In this document: in pieces, positions 35,761-44,165 of the stretch | Layout of the letters: each line of letters begins with the position of its first letter | Numbering within the stretch: the first letter of the stretch is position 1 | Assembly: GCA_041650755.1 (NCBI GenBank) | Contig: JBAZKN010000002.1 | Span: 5,030-69,029, forward strand | Direction of reading: 5' to 3' | Source of the DNA: Patescibacteria group bacterium | GTDB taxonomy: Bacteria > Patescibacteriota > Patescibacteriia > UBA1558 > GWA2-36-10 | Length of the DNA: 64,000 bases | Position numbers and translations under genes: made by a program | The notes under the pieces: generated by a model | Seen by the model: only the letters and a program-made list of their open reading frames with translations | Told to the model about the DNA's origin: nothing | Database searches by the model: none

Positions 35761-35804
35761 ACCCCATCGAAGATCCTGAGCGAACGTAGTGAGTCGAAGG
35801 ATCA
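35761..35804 (+). repeat. 44-bp direct repeat, copy 2
   Basis: Identical to 34043-34086; followed by another REP-like hairpin at 35811-35835. Confidence 0.9.
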
Positions 35805-35868
35805 CAAAATCACCCTGAGCGTAGTCGAATGGGTGGTTTTTTGATATAATGGAGAAAATAAATTCACC

Positions 35869-36105
35869 ATGAAATACTTTGTGATAATTGCTATAAGTAT
35901 GATTTGGGCTGGCGTTATTGCCTTTTATTTTATAATGAAGAAATATTCAACTAAAGAGGAATTGGCTAATTGGAAATATGTGCCTATTTTAAATCTTTGG
36001 TCTACAAACTGGGGTTTTGTTAAAAGGTATTGGAAAACTTTTATTATTGCATGGTTCATAGTATTGATAGTTGCGTTATGGTGGTCATTAACTAAAAATT
36101 CATAA
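35869..36105 (+). CDS. small two-TM membrane protein
   Basis: W.YVPILNLW pattern, two hydrophobic helices. Confidence 0.6.
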   Translation: MKYFVIIAISMIWAGVIAFYFIMKKYSTKEELANWKYVPILNLWSTNWGFVKRYWKTFIIAWFIVLIVALWWSLTKNS

Positions 36106-36178
36106 TATTAATTTATAATCATTATTTTTATTGGGTCTTATTAAAAAACCCTCAGGTGACGCGAGGGTTTTTATAAAA

Positions 36179-36448
36179 TTATATATTATCCTGTTTGTCT
36201 TTTTGGCTGTTAGCCTTAATTATCGGCAAAAAATACATGATCAATCCAGATATAGCCATGCCCAACAATAATATACCAAAGATAATGCTCATCTGGTTGT
36301 GCAGATATTGAGCTAAGCTAAAATTTAAAAAATCAAACAAGTGGGGGTATTTTAGGATTAGGCCAGTAATCATCATGATTAGGCCTGAGCAGGCCGTGAC
36401 CAGAGTCAGATAGCGGTGAACCTTTCTAGATATTAGATAGATATTCAT
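36179..36448 (-). CDS. two-TM protein with paired His (PepSY-TM/cytochrome b-like)
   Basis: RKVHR...MITG...LHN...ISGLIMY. Confidence 0.65.
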   Translation of the reverse strand: MNIYLISRKVHRYLTLVTACSGLIMMITGLILKYPHLFDFLNFSLAQYLHNQMSIIFGILLLGMAISGLIMYFLPIIKANSQKDKQDNI

Positions 36449-36457
36449 AGAAATAAA

Positions 36458-36868
36458 TTATGGAGTGTATTGATCACCTATTTGGCCAATGAATAATTGT
36501 CCGAGAGCATTGATAGCTTTACTGCTCTGATGTTTTTCCTGGCTGGAAAATTGTCCGCTTACGTCTTGGCCGCAATATGGCACGATCAATTGATCGGGTC
36601 GGGGGTGTTGGTCTAAATAATTGGTAGCGTCATAAACTTTATTATTGATAATCAGCCAGCAGTCGTTGCTAGTGTCGTGCTTAGCCACTTCAGCGGCAGA
36701 TAGGGTGCTTTGGCTGCCTGGGTTAATGTTGTTTACCTGATTGTTGTTGGTTAAATTAAAATTCGGCAAATTTTTGCCAGCTTGATTTTTGTAGTGCACA
36801 GCCATGGCTATTGCAAATATTACTACAGCCACGGTTATTAATACGCCAATAATCAGTTCTTTTTTCAT
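36458..36868 (-). CDS. membrane-anchored cytochrome b5-like heme-binding protein
   Basis: EVAKH...DCWLII.NKVYD.T.YL..HP...CG.D, second His (KH). Confidence 0.85.
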   Translation of the reverse strand: MKKELIIGVLITVAVVIFAIAMAVHYKNQAGKNLPNFNLTNNNQVNNINPGSQSTLSAAEVAKHDTSNDCWLIINNKVYDATNYLDQHPRPDQLIVPYCGQDVSGQFSSQEKHQSSKAINALGQLFIGQIGDQYTP

Positions 36869-36982
36869 AATAAAATTTAATCTTAGCTTTATTATATAAT
36901 ACGCCGGGGTAATAGACAATATTTCATGCGCCGCTTACCTTTACCATGGTTTTTTGCTATACTTAATCAATAAAATATAAAC

Positions 36983-37588
36983 ATGAAAAAATCCATCTTA
37001 TTAGTTTTAGCGCCGGTTATTATTTCTGGCTGCACATTGATTCCCAAAGGGATTGAGCGCCCAAATAACGCGAATACGTCAGCGGAAGTAAATGCGAAAT
37101 GTAAAGAAGAGTGCCTTGCTAGTACAGCCGATAACCGTTGCCGTTTTGGCACGCCCACCGGCGGCGAATTTATCAACGGGGAGTGTAAGTGTCATTGCTA
37201 TGAAACGCCGCCGCCAACCAATCAGCCAAATGCCGGCACAAATAATCCGGCTTCAGTAAATTGCCTTCAAAAAGGTGGCCGGGTAGAAATTAGGCAAGCC
37301 AAGAATGGTCAGTATGGTGTTTGTCTTTTTGACGATAATCGTCAATGCGAAGAATGGGCTCTCTTACGGGGCGAATGTCCGGCAGGCGGCCTAAAGATTA
37401 CTGGTTATGAAAATGAAGCTGAAATTTATTGCGCGATTACAGGTGGCGAGGTTCAGGGTGTGGGCACGGCCACTCCGATGTGCAAGCGTATTGATGGTAC
37501 ACTTTGTAATGCTCAGGCTAATATGGATGGCGATTGCCCAAATCCGTATGATCCTAATCCAAGTGCCGGAAATATCGAAACCCCATAA
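36983..37588 (+). CDS. DUF333-like lipoprotein
   Basis: Lipobox ISGC; NPASVNC...GG...GVC.F...CEEWAL.RGEC. Confidence 0.8.
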   Translation: MKKSILLVLAPVIISGCTLIPKGIERPNNANTSAEVNAKCKEECLASTADNRCRFGTPTGGEFINGECKCHCYETPPPTNQPNAGTNNPASVNCLQKGGRVEIRQAKNGQYGVCLFDDNRQCEEWALLRGECPAGGLKITGYENEAEIYCAITGGEVQGVGTATPMCKRIDGTLCNAQANMDGDCPNPYDPNPSAGNIETP

Positions 37589-37608
37589 AATTATTAATTA
37601 TAAATTAT

Positions 37609-37782
37609 ATGAATAAAAACAGCGGAGTATCAGGGGGCATTTATGGTTTAGCTTTTATTGGCGCCTTGATTTATAACATTCAACATTCCAATACTTTCTG
37701 GTTGGGGGTGCTGGGATTTCTTAAGGCCCTAGTCTGGCCAGCTTTTCTGGTCTATAAATTAATGGGTTTTTTAGGTATGTAG
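37609..37782 (+). CDS. 57-aa small membrane protein
   Basis: Manual: MNKNSGVSGGIYGLAFIGALIYNIQHSNTFWLGVLGFLKALVWPAFLVYKLMGFLGM; followed by terminator. Confidence 0.65.
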   Translation: MNKNSGVSGGIYGLAFIGALIYNIQHSNTFWLGVLGFLKALVWPAFLVYKLMGFLGM

Positions 37783-37836
37783 ATTTAACAAAAAAACACC
37801 CCGCATTTGATGCGGGATGTTTTTTATTTCAAAGAT

Positions 37837-38949
37837 TTATTTATTGTGTCCTTTACCATTGCCAGATGATTGTTTTGGCATAGCTTGTTTTAAGTTGCCA
37901 TTGAACTTAGCCATTTTTTGTTGTAGTCTATTTTTTAGAATATGGATTGGGTTGCGATCATTTTCACGATTTTTTTCACACCAATCATCGCACTTGCATT
38001 CACATTGGCATCTTTGATTGTTGTTTCTACCCAACGTGGTTACTGAAATAATACTAGAGTTTGGGGAGACATTGCCAGCCGCATCATAGGCTTTGACAAA
38101 GTAAGAGTAGGTGGTAGATGCAGTTAGACGGATGTCGTTATAATGGGGATTTTTAACTTGAGCAATTTGGATTCCATCTCTAAATACTTTATAGCCAACC
38201 ACAGCTAGATCATCGGTTGAAGTTGACCATTTTAGATTGACGTGCTGGAAAGAGACCACATGGGCGACTAAATTAGTTGGTGCATTAGGTATAGTCGTGT
38301 CAGTGGGGTTTGCCAAGGTTATAGCCGAGACAGTATTGGAGGCAGTTGATATGTTGCCAGCCGCATCATAGGTTTTTACAAAAAAGCTATAGGTAGTAGA
38401 AGCAGTTAGACCAGTGTTATTGAAAGTAGTATCGGTTGATGTGGCAATTTGTATATTATTTCTAAATATTTTATAGCCAGCTACTCCAATATTATCAGTA
38501 GCAGCGGTCCAGCTCAAATTTATTTGGGAAGAAGACACTGTGTTGGCGACTAGGTTAGTTGGCGCACTGGGCACAGTCAAATCAACGGGCATAGCCAGAG
38601 TCGTAGTTGATACTGGATTAGAAAAATCCGATTTATTACCAGCCACATCATAGGCCTTAATAGCATAGGTATAAGTAGTAGAGGCTGTCAGTCCCAAGTC
38701 GTTGAATGTGGTGGTAGCTACATTGGCGACTCCAAGACCATTTCTAAATATACTATAACCAGCTACTCCAATATTATCAGTAGCAGCGGTCCAGTTCAAA
38801 TTTATTTGGGAGTTTGAAACTGCAGTGGCCGCTAAATTAGTTGGTATAGATGGAGGAGTGGTGTCATCCACAGCTAGAGCGGACTTGATAAGTGTCAAAG
38901 AGGAGTAGGCAGCTACGAGTACGCCCAAGATTAAAAGTATTTTTTTCAT
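37837..38949 (-). CDS. secreted protein with three fibronectin type III domains
   Basis: Three repeats of PTNL...INL.W..ATDN.GV.GY...GLTASTTY....KAYD.AGN.S; 36-bp identity between 38477-38512 and 38759-38794. Confidence 0.88.
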   Translation of the reverse strand: MKKILLILGVLVAAYSSLTLIKSALAVDDTTPPSIPTNLAATAVSNSQINLNWTAATDNIGVAGYSIFRNGLGVANVATTTFNDLGLTASTTYTYAIKAYDVAGNKSDFSNPVSTTTLAMPVDLTVPSAPTNLVANTVSSSQINLSWTAATDNIGVAGYKIFRNNIQIATSTDTTFNNTGLTASTTYSFFVKTYDAAGNISTASNTVSAITLANPTDTTIPNAPTNLVAHVVSFQHVNLKWSTSTDDLAVVGYKVFRDGIQIAQVKNPHYNDIRLTASTTYSYFVKAYDAAGNVSPNSSIISVTTLGRNNNQRCQCECKCDDWCEKNRENDRNPIHILKNRLQQKMAKFNGNLKQAMPKQSSGNGKGHNK

Positions 38950-39173
38950 AAGTTTTATTTAATTATTATAGGAGAAAGTATTATCCTTTCATGAAATTAA
39001 TACAAAATAACCCCCTTTTTGTTACAAGTAGGGTTTGGGGTATTATAATGAGAAATATTTAATATTTTAGCTAATTTTAGTCAAAATATTATTAAAATTA
39101 GACAAGGAAAAATATTCTGCTATATTAGATATATTAGACACGCAACAAAAAGGCGATTTATTTGTATATTATT

Positions 39174-39668
39174 ATGGGATTTAGTCAGGACAATTTTATA
39201 GCCCATTACGAAAAATACAAAGATAAAATATATGTATATTTTTTGTATCGAGTCGGCTTTAATAGGGAAACAGCCGAGGACCTGACCTCCGAAGTGTTTT
39301 TGAAAGCTCTCAAGAGTTTTTCGACCTTTGACCAAAATAGATCTTTTCAGTCATGGATTTATGCCATTGCTCATAATCATTTGGTTAATCATTATCGAGT
39401 AGCTAATCGCGAAGTGGAGCTGACGGAAAATGTTTCCATCACCCAAAGCGACCACAAAAAAATAGAGCTAGGATATGAGCTAGAGTTGATTTTAAAAGAA
39501 ATAAATAAAATGGAAGCCAACGACAGAGATATTTTATTGCTGCGCTTTGTGGATCAGCTGGATAATTCTGAAATAGCCGAGCTTTTGGGCAAAGAAGAAG
39601 GAGCAGTCCGCACCAAAATTAGTCGCAGCTTGGCAAAGTTAAGAGAAAAATTAGACGGACATGGATAA
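39174..39668 (+). CDS. ECF sigma factor 1
   Basis: AEDLTSEVFLK, SW.Y.IA.N...NHYR, region 4 EIAELLG..EG.VRT..SR. Confidence 0.9.
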   Translation: MGFSQDNFIAHYEKYKDKIYVYFLYRVGFNRETAEDLTSEVFLKALKSFSTFDQNRSFQSWIYAIAHNHLVNHYRVANREVELTENVSITQSDHKKIELGYELELILKEINKMEANDRDILLLRFVDQLDNSEIAELLGKEEGAVRTKISRSLAKLREKLDGHG

Positions 39669-40524
39669 TTTAGAAAAAAATTTATTAAACCTACCCAAAC
39701 CCAACTTAGGTAGAAACACGGATTTAAAAATCAGATCAAAAATCCGCTGGTTTGTTTTTTTCAAGAATTTGCGGGTAGCCCTTGATCTGCCGATACCCAA
39801 GACCCCGATTTTACGACCAATATTTTTGAGCTTGCTAATCGTGGCTGTTATTTTTGGCTCAACGGCGGCTTATGCATATGCTAATGATAGCGTAACCATA
39901 GGTAGCGCCCTGTATCCGCTCAAGAAGGCAGTCGAAAACGTCCAGCAGAATTTGTCCTTGACCAAAAATTCAAAAGTTGATACTTTAAATAATTTTTCAG
40001 AAAGAAGGCTAAAAGAGGCGGTGAATTTAGTTGAAGAAAACCAGCAAAATGATAGAATTGATCAGCAAGCGGTAGCCAGTAATAATATTCAAGCAACCAT
40101 TGATGAAGCCGTTAATAATATTGATTCAGCTGTCAAAACTTCCCAAGAAATAGTTGATGTCAAGGCTGCGCAAAGAGCCAAGGATAAGATCAAGAAAAAG
40201 AATGAGGCCATTGTTCAATACTTGGATAATATTGAAAAAATTGCCGATATCAATCAAAACAAAGAAGTTATCAATAAAGTAAATGAGGCCAAAAGGGCCA
40301 TTGATAAATACAACGCAGTGTTGGATAAAGGCAATAAACACAAAAAGTCCGACAATGGAACTTCGGGCAGGGATAATGATTCTGTCCAGAATCCAGTCCC
40401 ACAAAACCTTAATACGCAAAGTGATTTTCCCAAGCGTGATACGGGCAGCCAAAACAAATCGGCTGATAAGCTGGAAAGAAATATAAACATGAGTGAGAGG
40501 GACTATTCTCATTTACCAAGATAA
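39661..40524 (+). CDS. putative anti-sigma factor, DUF5667-like
   Basis: Overlaps the sigma stop; one TM; G..LYPLK...E...RL.EA. Confidence 0.7.
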   Translation: MDNLEKNLLNLPKPNLGRNTDLKIRSKIRWFVFFKNLRVALDLPIPKTPILRPIFLSLLIVAVIFGSTAAYAYANDSVTIGSALYPLKKAVENVQQNLSLTKNSKVDTLNNFSERRLKEAVNLVEENQQNDRIDQQAVASNNIQATIDEAVNNIDSAVKTSQEIVDVKAAQRAKDKIKKKNEAIVQYLDNIEKIADINQNKEVINKVNEAKRAIDKYNAVLDKGNKHKKSDNGTSGRDNDSVQNPVPQNLNTQSDFPKRDTGSQNKSADKLERNINMSERDYSHLPR

Positions 40525-40627
40525 AATAATAAAACATCTAAAACAACTTTGCACCGGACAGTACAGAGTTGTTTTTTTATTGATTTTTTTGTTATACTAG
40601 CTAAGTTGATTATTTGATCGAAAAAAT

Positions 40628-42139
40628 ATGCATCAAGATTTACTAGACAAATTTTTACAAGACAAGCGATGTCTTGCCGTAGTTTGCAACCAGTGGGGTG
40701 ATACTGGCAAGGGCAAGCTGGTGGATCTTTTATCCACTTGGGCTGATATTATTATTCGTGGCACCGGTGGAGCCAACGCCGGACACACCATTGTAGTGGG
40801 CAACCAGAAACACATTTTTCATCTTTTGCCTTCAGGGATTTTGCACGATCTGGCTGGCAAAATAAACGTGATTGGCCGCGGCGTGGCTTTTGATCCGCAA
40901 GCCGTGATAGATGAGCTAAATATTTTGCAGACCGCCGGCAGTGATGTGAAAAATTTAAAGATCAGCCATCAGGCGCCGCTTATTTTGCCCTATCATATTT
41001 TGGTAGATAGGATTGGCGATAAAGAGCAAAAGATCGGGACAACCGGCAGAGGTATTGGGCCGCTCTATACCGACTACGCTGCCCGCCAAACTATTTTTGT
41101 AAACGATATTTTTAATCAGGAAGTTTTTAGAGAAAAATTGACCAAGTATTTAGCCGGTAAACAAAATGTTTTGCTTGGTCTTGATAAAAATATAGCTAAA
41201 GAAGTTTTATCCCATCCGCATTTAGGTGGCGGAATCTATTTTAACAGCGAAACAATTTTGGATATAGAGGCTATTGTAGAAAAATACACCGGAGATTTTG
41301 CCGTCAGGCTAAAGCCATATATTATTGATTTAGAAAATTTCGTCCGAAAGGCTTTGGCTGACAATAAAAAGATTCTTCTGGAAGGCGCCCAGGGCGCATT
41401 ATTAAGTGTTGATCATGGCACTACCAAATACCAGACTTCTTCAGACTGCACTATAGCCGGCCTGGCCAAGGGAGCAGCTTTGAGAGAAAATCAAGTTGAC
41501 CATGTTTTTGGTATTGCCAAGGCATTTTATATGACTAGAGTCGGGCACGGGCCATTTCCCAGTGAGTTTGGTGGCCGGGAAAGCGAGGAGTATTGTGAAC
41601 GCGGCATTACTCGAGAGCAGGAAAAAGCTGATCACGCCAATAAAATAGATGAGTATATAAATTCAGGAGACCAACTAAAGACGGGCATAGCAGTGCGTTT
41701 ATTGGGGGATGAATACGGGGCAACTACTGGCCGGACTCGTCGCAATGGCTGGCTAGATTTAGTAGCTCTTAAATATGCCATGGGGTACAATAGCCATAGT
41801 TTAGCCTTGACCAAGGTAGATGTTTTGGATAAATTTAAAAAAATAAAATTATGTATAGCCTATAAATATATCGGCCCAAATATTTTTTATGCTGGTAGAG
41901 AATTAAAGACCGGTCAGCAAATAGATTTTTTTCCGCGTTTTTCAGAAATTTTATATAATTGCGAGCCAGTCTATCAGGAGTTTGACGGCTGGCAGACAGC
42001 TATTTCCAGTATAGAAGATTATGCTACCCTACCCCAAGCCATAAAAACCATAGTGGAATTTATTGAACAATATACTGTCGGTAAAATTAATATTATTTCT
42101 GTGGGGCCAGATAGACAGCAGACCATTTTAAAGATATAA
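40628..42139 (+). CDS. purA: adenylosuccinate synthetase
   Basis: QWGDTGKG, GGANAGHT, IGTTGRGIGP, EGAQG, TRVG.GPFP, GATTGR, TKVD, SVGP. Confidence 0.9.
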   Translation: MHQDLLDKFLQDKRCLAVVCNQWGDTGKGKLVDLLSTWADIIIRGTGGANAGHTIVVGNQKHIFHLLPSGILHDLAGKINVIGRGVAFDPQAVIDELNILQTAGSDVKNLKISHQAPLILPYHILVDRIGDKEQKIGTTGRGIGPLYTDYAARQTIFVNDIFNQEVFREKLTKYLAGKQNVLLGLDKNIAKEVLSHPHLGGGIYFNSETILDIEAIVEKYTGDFAVRLKPYIIDLENFVRKALADNKKILLEGAQGALLSVDHGTTKYQTSSDCTIAGLAKGAALRENQVDHVFGIAKAFYMTRVGHGPFPSEFGGRESEEYCERGITREQEKADHANKIDEYINSGDQLKTGIAVRLLGDEYGATTGRTRRNGWLDLVALKYAMGYNSHSLALTKVDVLDKFKKIKLCIAYKYIGPNIFYAGRELKTGQQIDFFPRFSEILYNCEPVYQEFDGWQTAISSIEDYATLPQAIKTIVEFIEQYTVGKINIISVGPDRQQTILKI

Positions 42140-42199
42140 AGTATTTATTATCACCATCTATGGTGAAATAAAAATTTCAGCATTTGCGTATTAATACAT

Positions 42200-42778
42200 A
42201 TGGTGAGCGAACAGATCGTGGCTGATAAAACCGATATAGAGCTAGTCAGACTGACCTTGGCCAATCAAGAGAATTTTTTGTATTTGGTCAATCGTTATGA
42301 CCAAAAACTCCTAAAGTTTATCAAGAGAATATCTGGTCTAAATAAAGAAGATGCCGAAGATTTATTACAAGAAGTATTTATAAAAGTTTATCAGAATCTA
42401 AATGATTTTGATCAGAACTTAAAATTTTCTTCTTGGCTTTACCGTATAGCGCATAATCAGGTGATCAGTAATTATCGTAAAAATAAAAGCCGGCCAAGAA
42501 TGTCTTTATTTGATTTGGATTTAGAGTCGTGTGAGCAGTTGGTTAGTGATTTTGATATCAATCATAATGTCGATCAGCAAATTTTGCGGGAAAAAATAAC
42601 CACCGTTTTACGGGGCTTAGACTGGAAATATCGTGAGGTGATGATTTTAAAGTACCTAGAAGATAAAAGCTATGAGGAAATTTCCGATATTATCAAAAAA
42701 CCGGCTAGTACGGTCGGTACCCTATTACGACGGGGTAAAAAAATCCTTCGACAAGAGCTAAAAAAAGAAAATATATGA
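42200..42778 (+). CDS. ECF sigma factor 2 (SigW-like)
   Basis: DAEDLLQEVFIKVY, FSSWLYRIA.N, SYEEISDI. Confidence 0.9.
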   Translation: MVSEQIVADKTDIELVRLTLANQENFLYLVNRYDQKLLKFIKRISGLNKEDAEDLLQEVFIKVYQNLNDFDQNLKFSSWLYRIAHNQVISNYRKNKSRPRMSLFDLDLESCEQLVSDFDINHNVDQQILREKITTVLRGLDWKYREVMILKYLEDKSYEEISDIIKKPASTVGTLLRRGKKILRQELKKENI

Positions 42779-43485
42779 ATAATTTTGGTCAACAAATTTT
42801 GACGGAAATAAAAGAGCATAATATTCAGCCCAAAAAACGCTGGGAGTTTTTGTTTAAGAATATTATTCTTTGGGTCATCTTGATTTCGGCTATTTTTTTA
42901 GCCAGTCTAGCTAGTTCGGTCACGATTTTTATGCTCAAGCATGCAGTGGGATCTACTTATATACCAGATTTTCATCCACTCAAAAGATTATTGCTAGATT
43001 TGCCATTTTTTTGGCTAGTCAGCCTGGCATTATTTTCTTTGCTGGCCTGGTATGATTTTAAAAACACCAAGCGCGGCTACAAATACCATACTTGGGTGAT
43101 AGTGATCGGCAGCTTGCTGGTGAGCATTGTTTTGGGTGCTGTTATTTATCAGGCCGGCGTGGGTGAAAGGCTAGAGGATGTATTTTTTAGGCGCGTGCCT
43201 TTTTATAAAGAGATGTTTAGAAGGGGTGGCAGGATTTTAGTCGAGCCAGATAAAGGGCATTTGGCTGGAGTAGTAAGATCAGTGGCGTCCGATGCTATTA
43301 CCGTGGAGGATTTTAAAGGAGATGTCTGGGTTATCAACACTAGTACTAGCCAGTTTCGTGTTGGCCAGAGAGTGATGTTGATCGGCAAAATAGGAGATGA
43401 CGATAGGTTTGTTTGCGAGAGCATTAAGCCTTGGCTTAAACCGCAGGGTCATGTGGCCCCACCACCAATGTTTCCGCGGCCATAA
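42775..43485 (+). CDS. membrane protein, probable anti-sigma factor
   Basis: ATGA overlap with the sigma gene; three TM plus OB-like tail. Confidence 0.65.
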   Translation: MNNFGQQILTEIKEHNIQPKKRWEFLFKNIILWVILISAIFLASLASSVTIFMLKHAVGSTYIPDFHPLKRLLLDLPFFWLVSLALFSLLAWYDFKNTKRGYKYHTWVIVIGSLLVSIVLGAVIYQAGVGERLEDVFFRRVPFYKEMFRRGGRILVEPDKGHLAGVVRSVASDAITVEDFKGDVWVINTSTSQFRVGQRVMLIGKIGDDDRFVCESIKPWLKPQGHVAPPPMFPRP

Positions 43486-43573
43486 TTATTTGAAATAATT
43501 TTTATTTGTTTGGCGTATAATCTAGTGTCGAAGGAATTTGGCCAATTCCTATTAACTATTAATCAAATAAATT

Positions 43574-44023
43574 ATGGACAAAAAAAGATATTTACTAGTA
43601 GCATTTTTGGGGCTATTGATCACTACGGTAGCGGTCGGGGCAACCACTTTAGCTTTTGGTGGCCGAGCTAACCTTGGCGCCAATGGAAATAGCCAGACAT
43701 GGCCAGCTAAAGAGCAGCGACAAGCCCCCGCGAACATGCAAGCTATCACCAATAATGATTATAATTCTTGGGCAGCGTCTATGACGACTCGAGTGGCTGA
43801 AATGCGCCAGCAAGCTAGTGATTTGGAAGCCAAAATAAATCAGGAGACTTTCAACAAACTAGTGCAGGCTCATGAGCTTATGCAAGCCGGCAAGCAAGAT
43901 GAGGCTAAAGCTATCTTTGACGAATTGGGCATGTTCGGCCCATTTGGCGGGCGCATGGGAGATAAGGGCATGGGCCACGGACCAAATGCAGCTAGTACAA
44001 ATACTGGGCAAACAACTGAATAA
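43574..44023 (+). CDS. exported helical protein
   Basis: Signal peptide, helical core, Gly/Met-rich tail; ECF promoter upstream. Confidence 0.65.
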   Translation: MDKKRYLLVAFLGLLITTVAVGATTLAFGGRANLGANGNSQTWPAKEQRQAPANMQAITNNDYNSWAASMTTRVAEMRQQASDLEAKINQETFNKLVQAHELMQAGKQDEAKAIFDELGMFGPFGGRMGDKGMGHGPNAASTNTGQTTE

Positions 44024-44165
44024 TTTTTTAGCAAAAAACTCACCTCTAAAATCCAGCCCCGAGTAACTCATAAGGGCTGGATTTTAGGTTTGAAATAAAT
44101 TGAGTCAGTTTGGCGTATTATATAAAAGATGCTCTGGTTTATTGGTTAGTTATTATTTATAAATT

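Noticed and set aside
38477-38810. 282-bp-period repeats as a CRISPR or DGR template/variable pair
   Set aside because: In-frame FN3 domain duplication; differences are not adenine-specific and no RT or cas gene is present
40628-42139. Possible PurZ (GDTGKG resembles PurZ GSTGKG)
   Set aside because: Catalytic Asp, TRVG Thr and TTGR Arg of PurA are retained; no phage context
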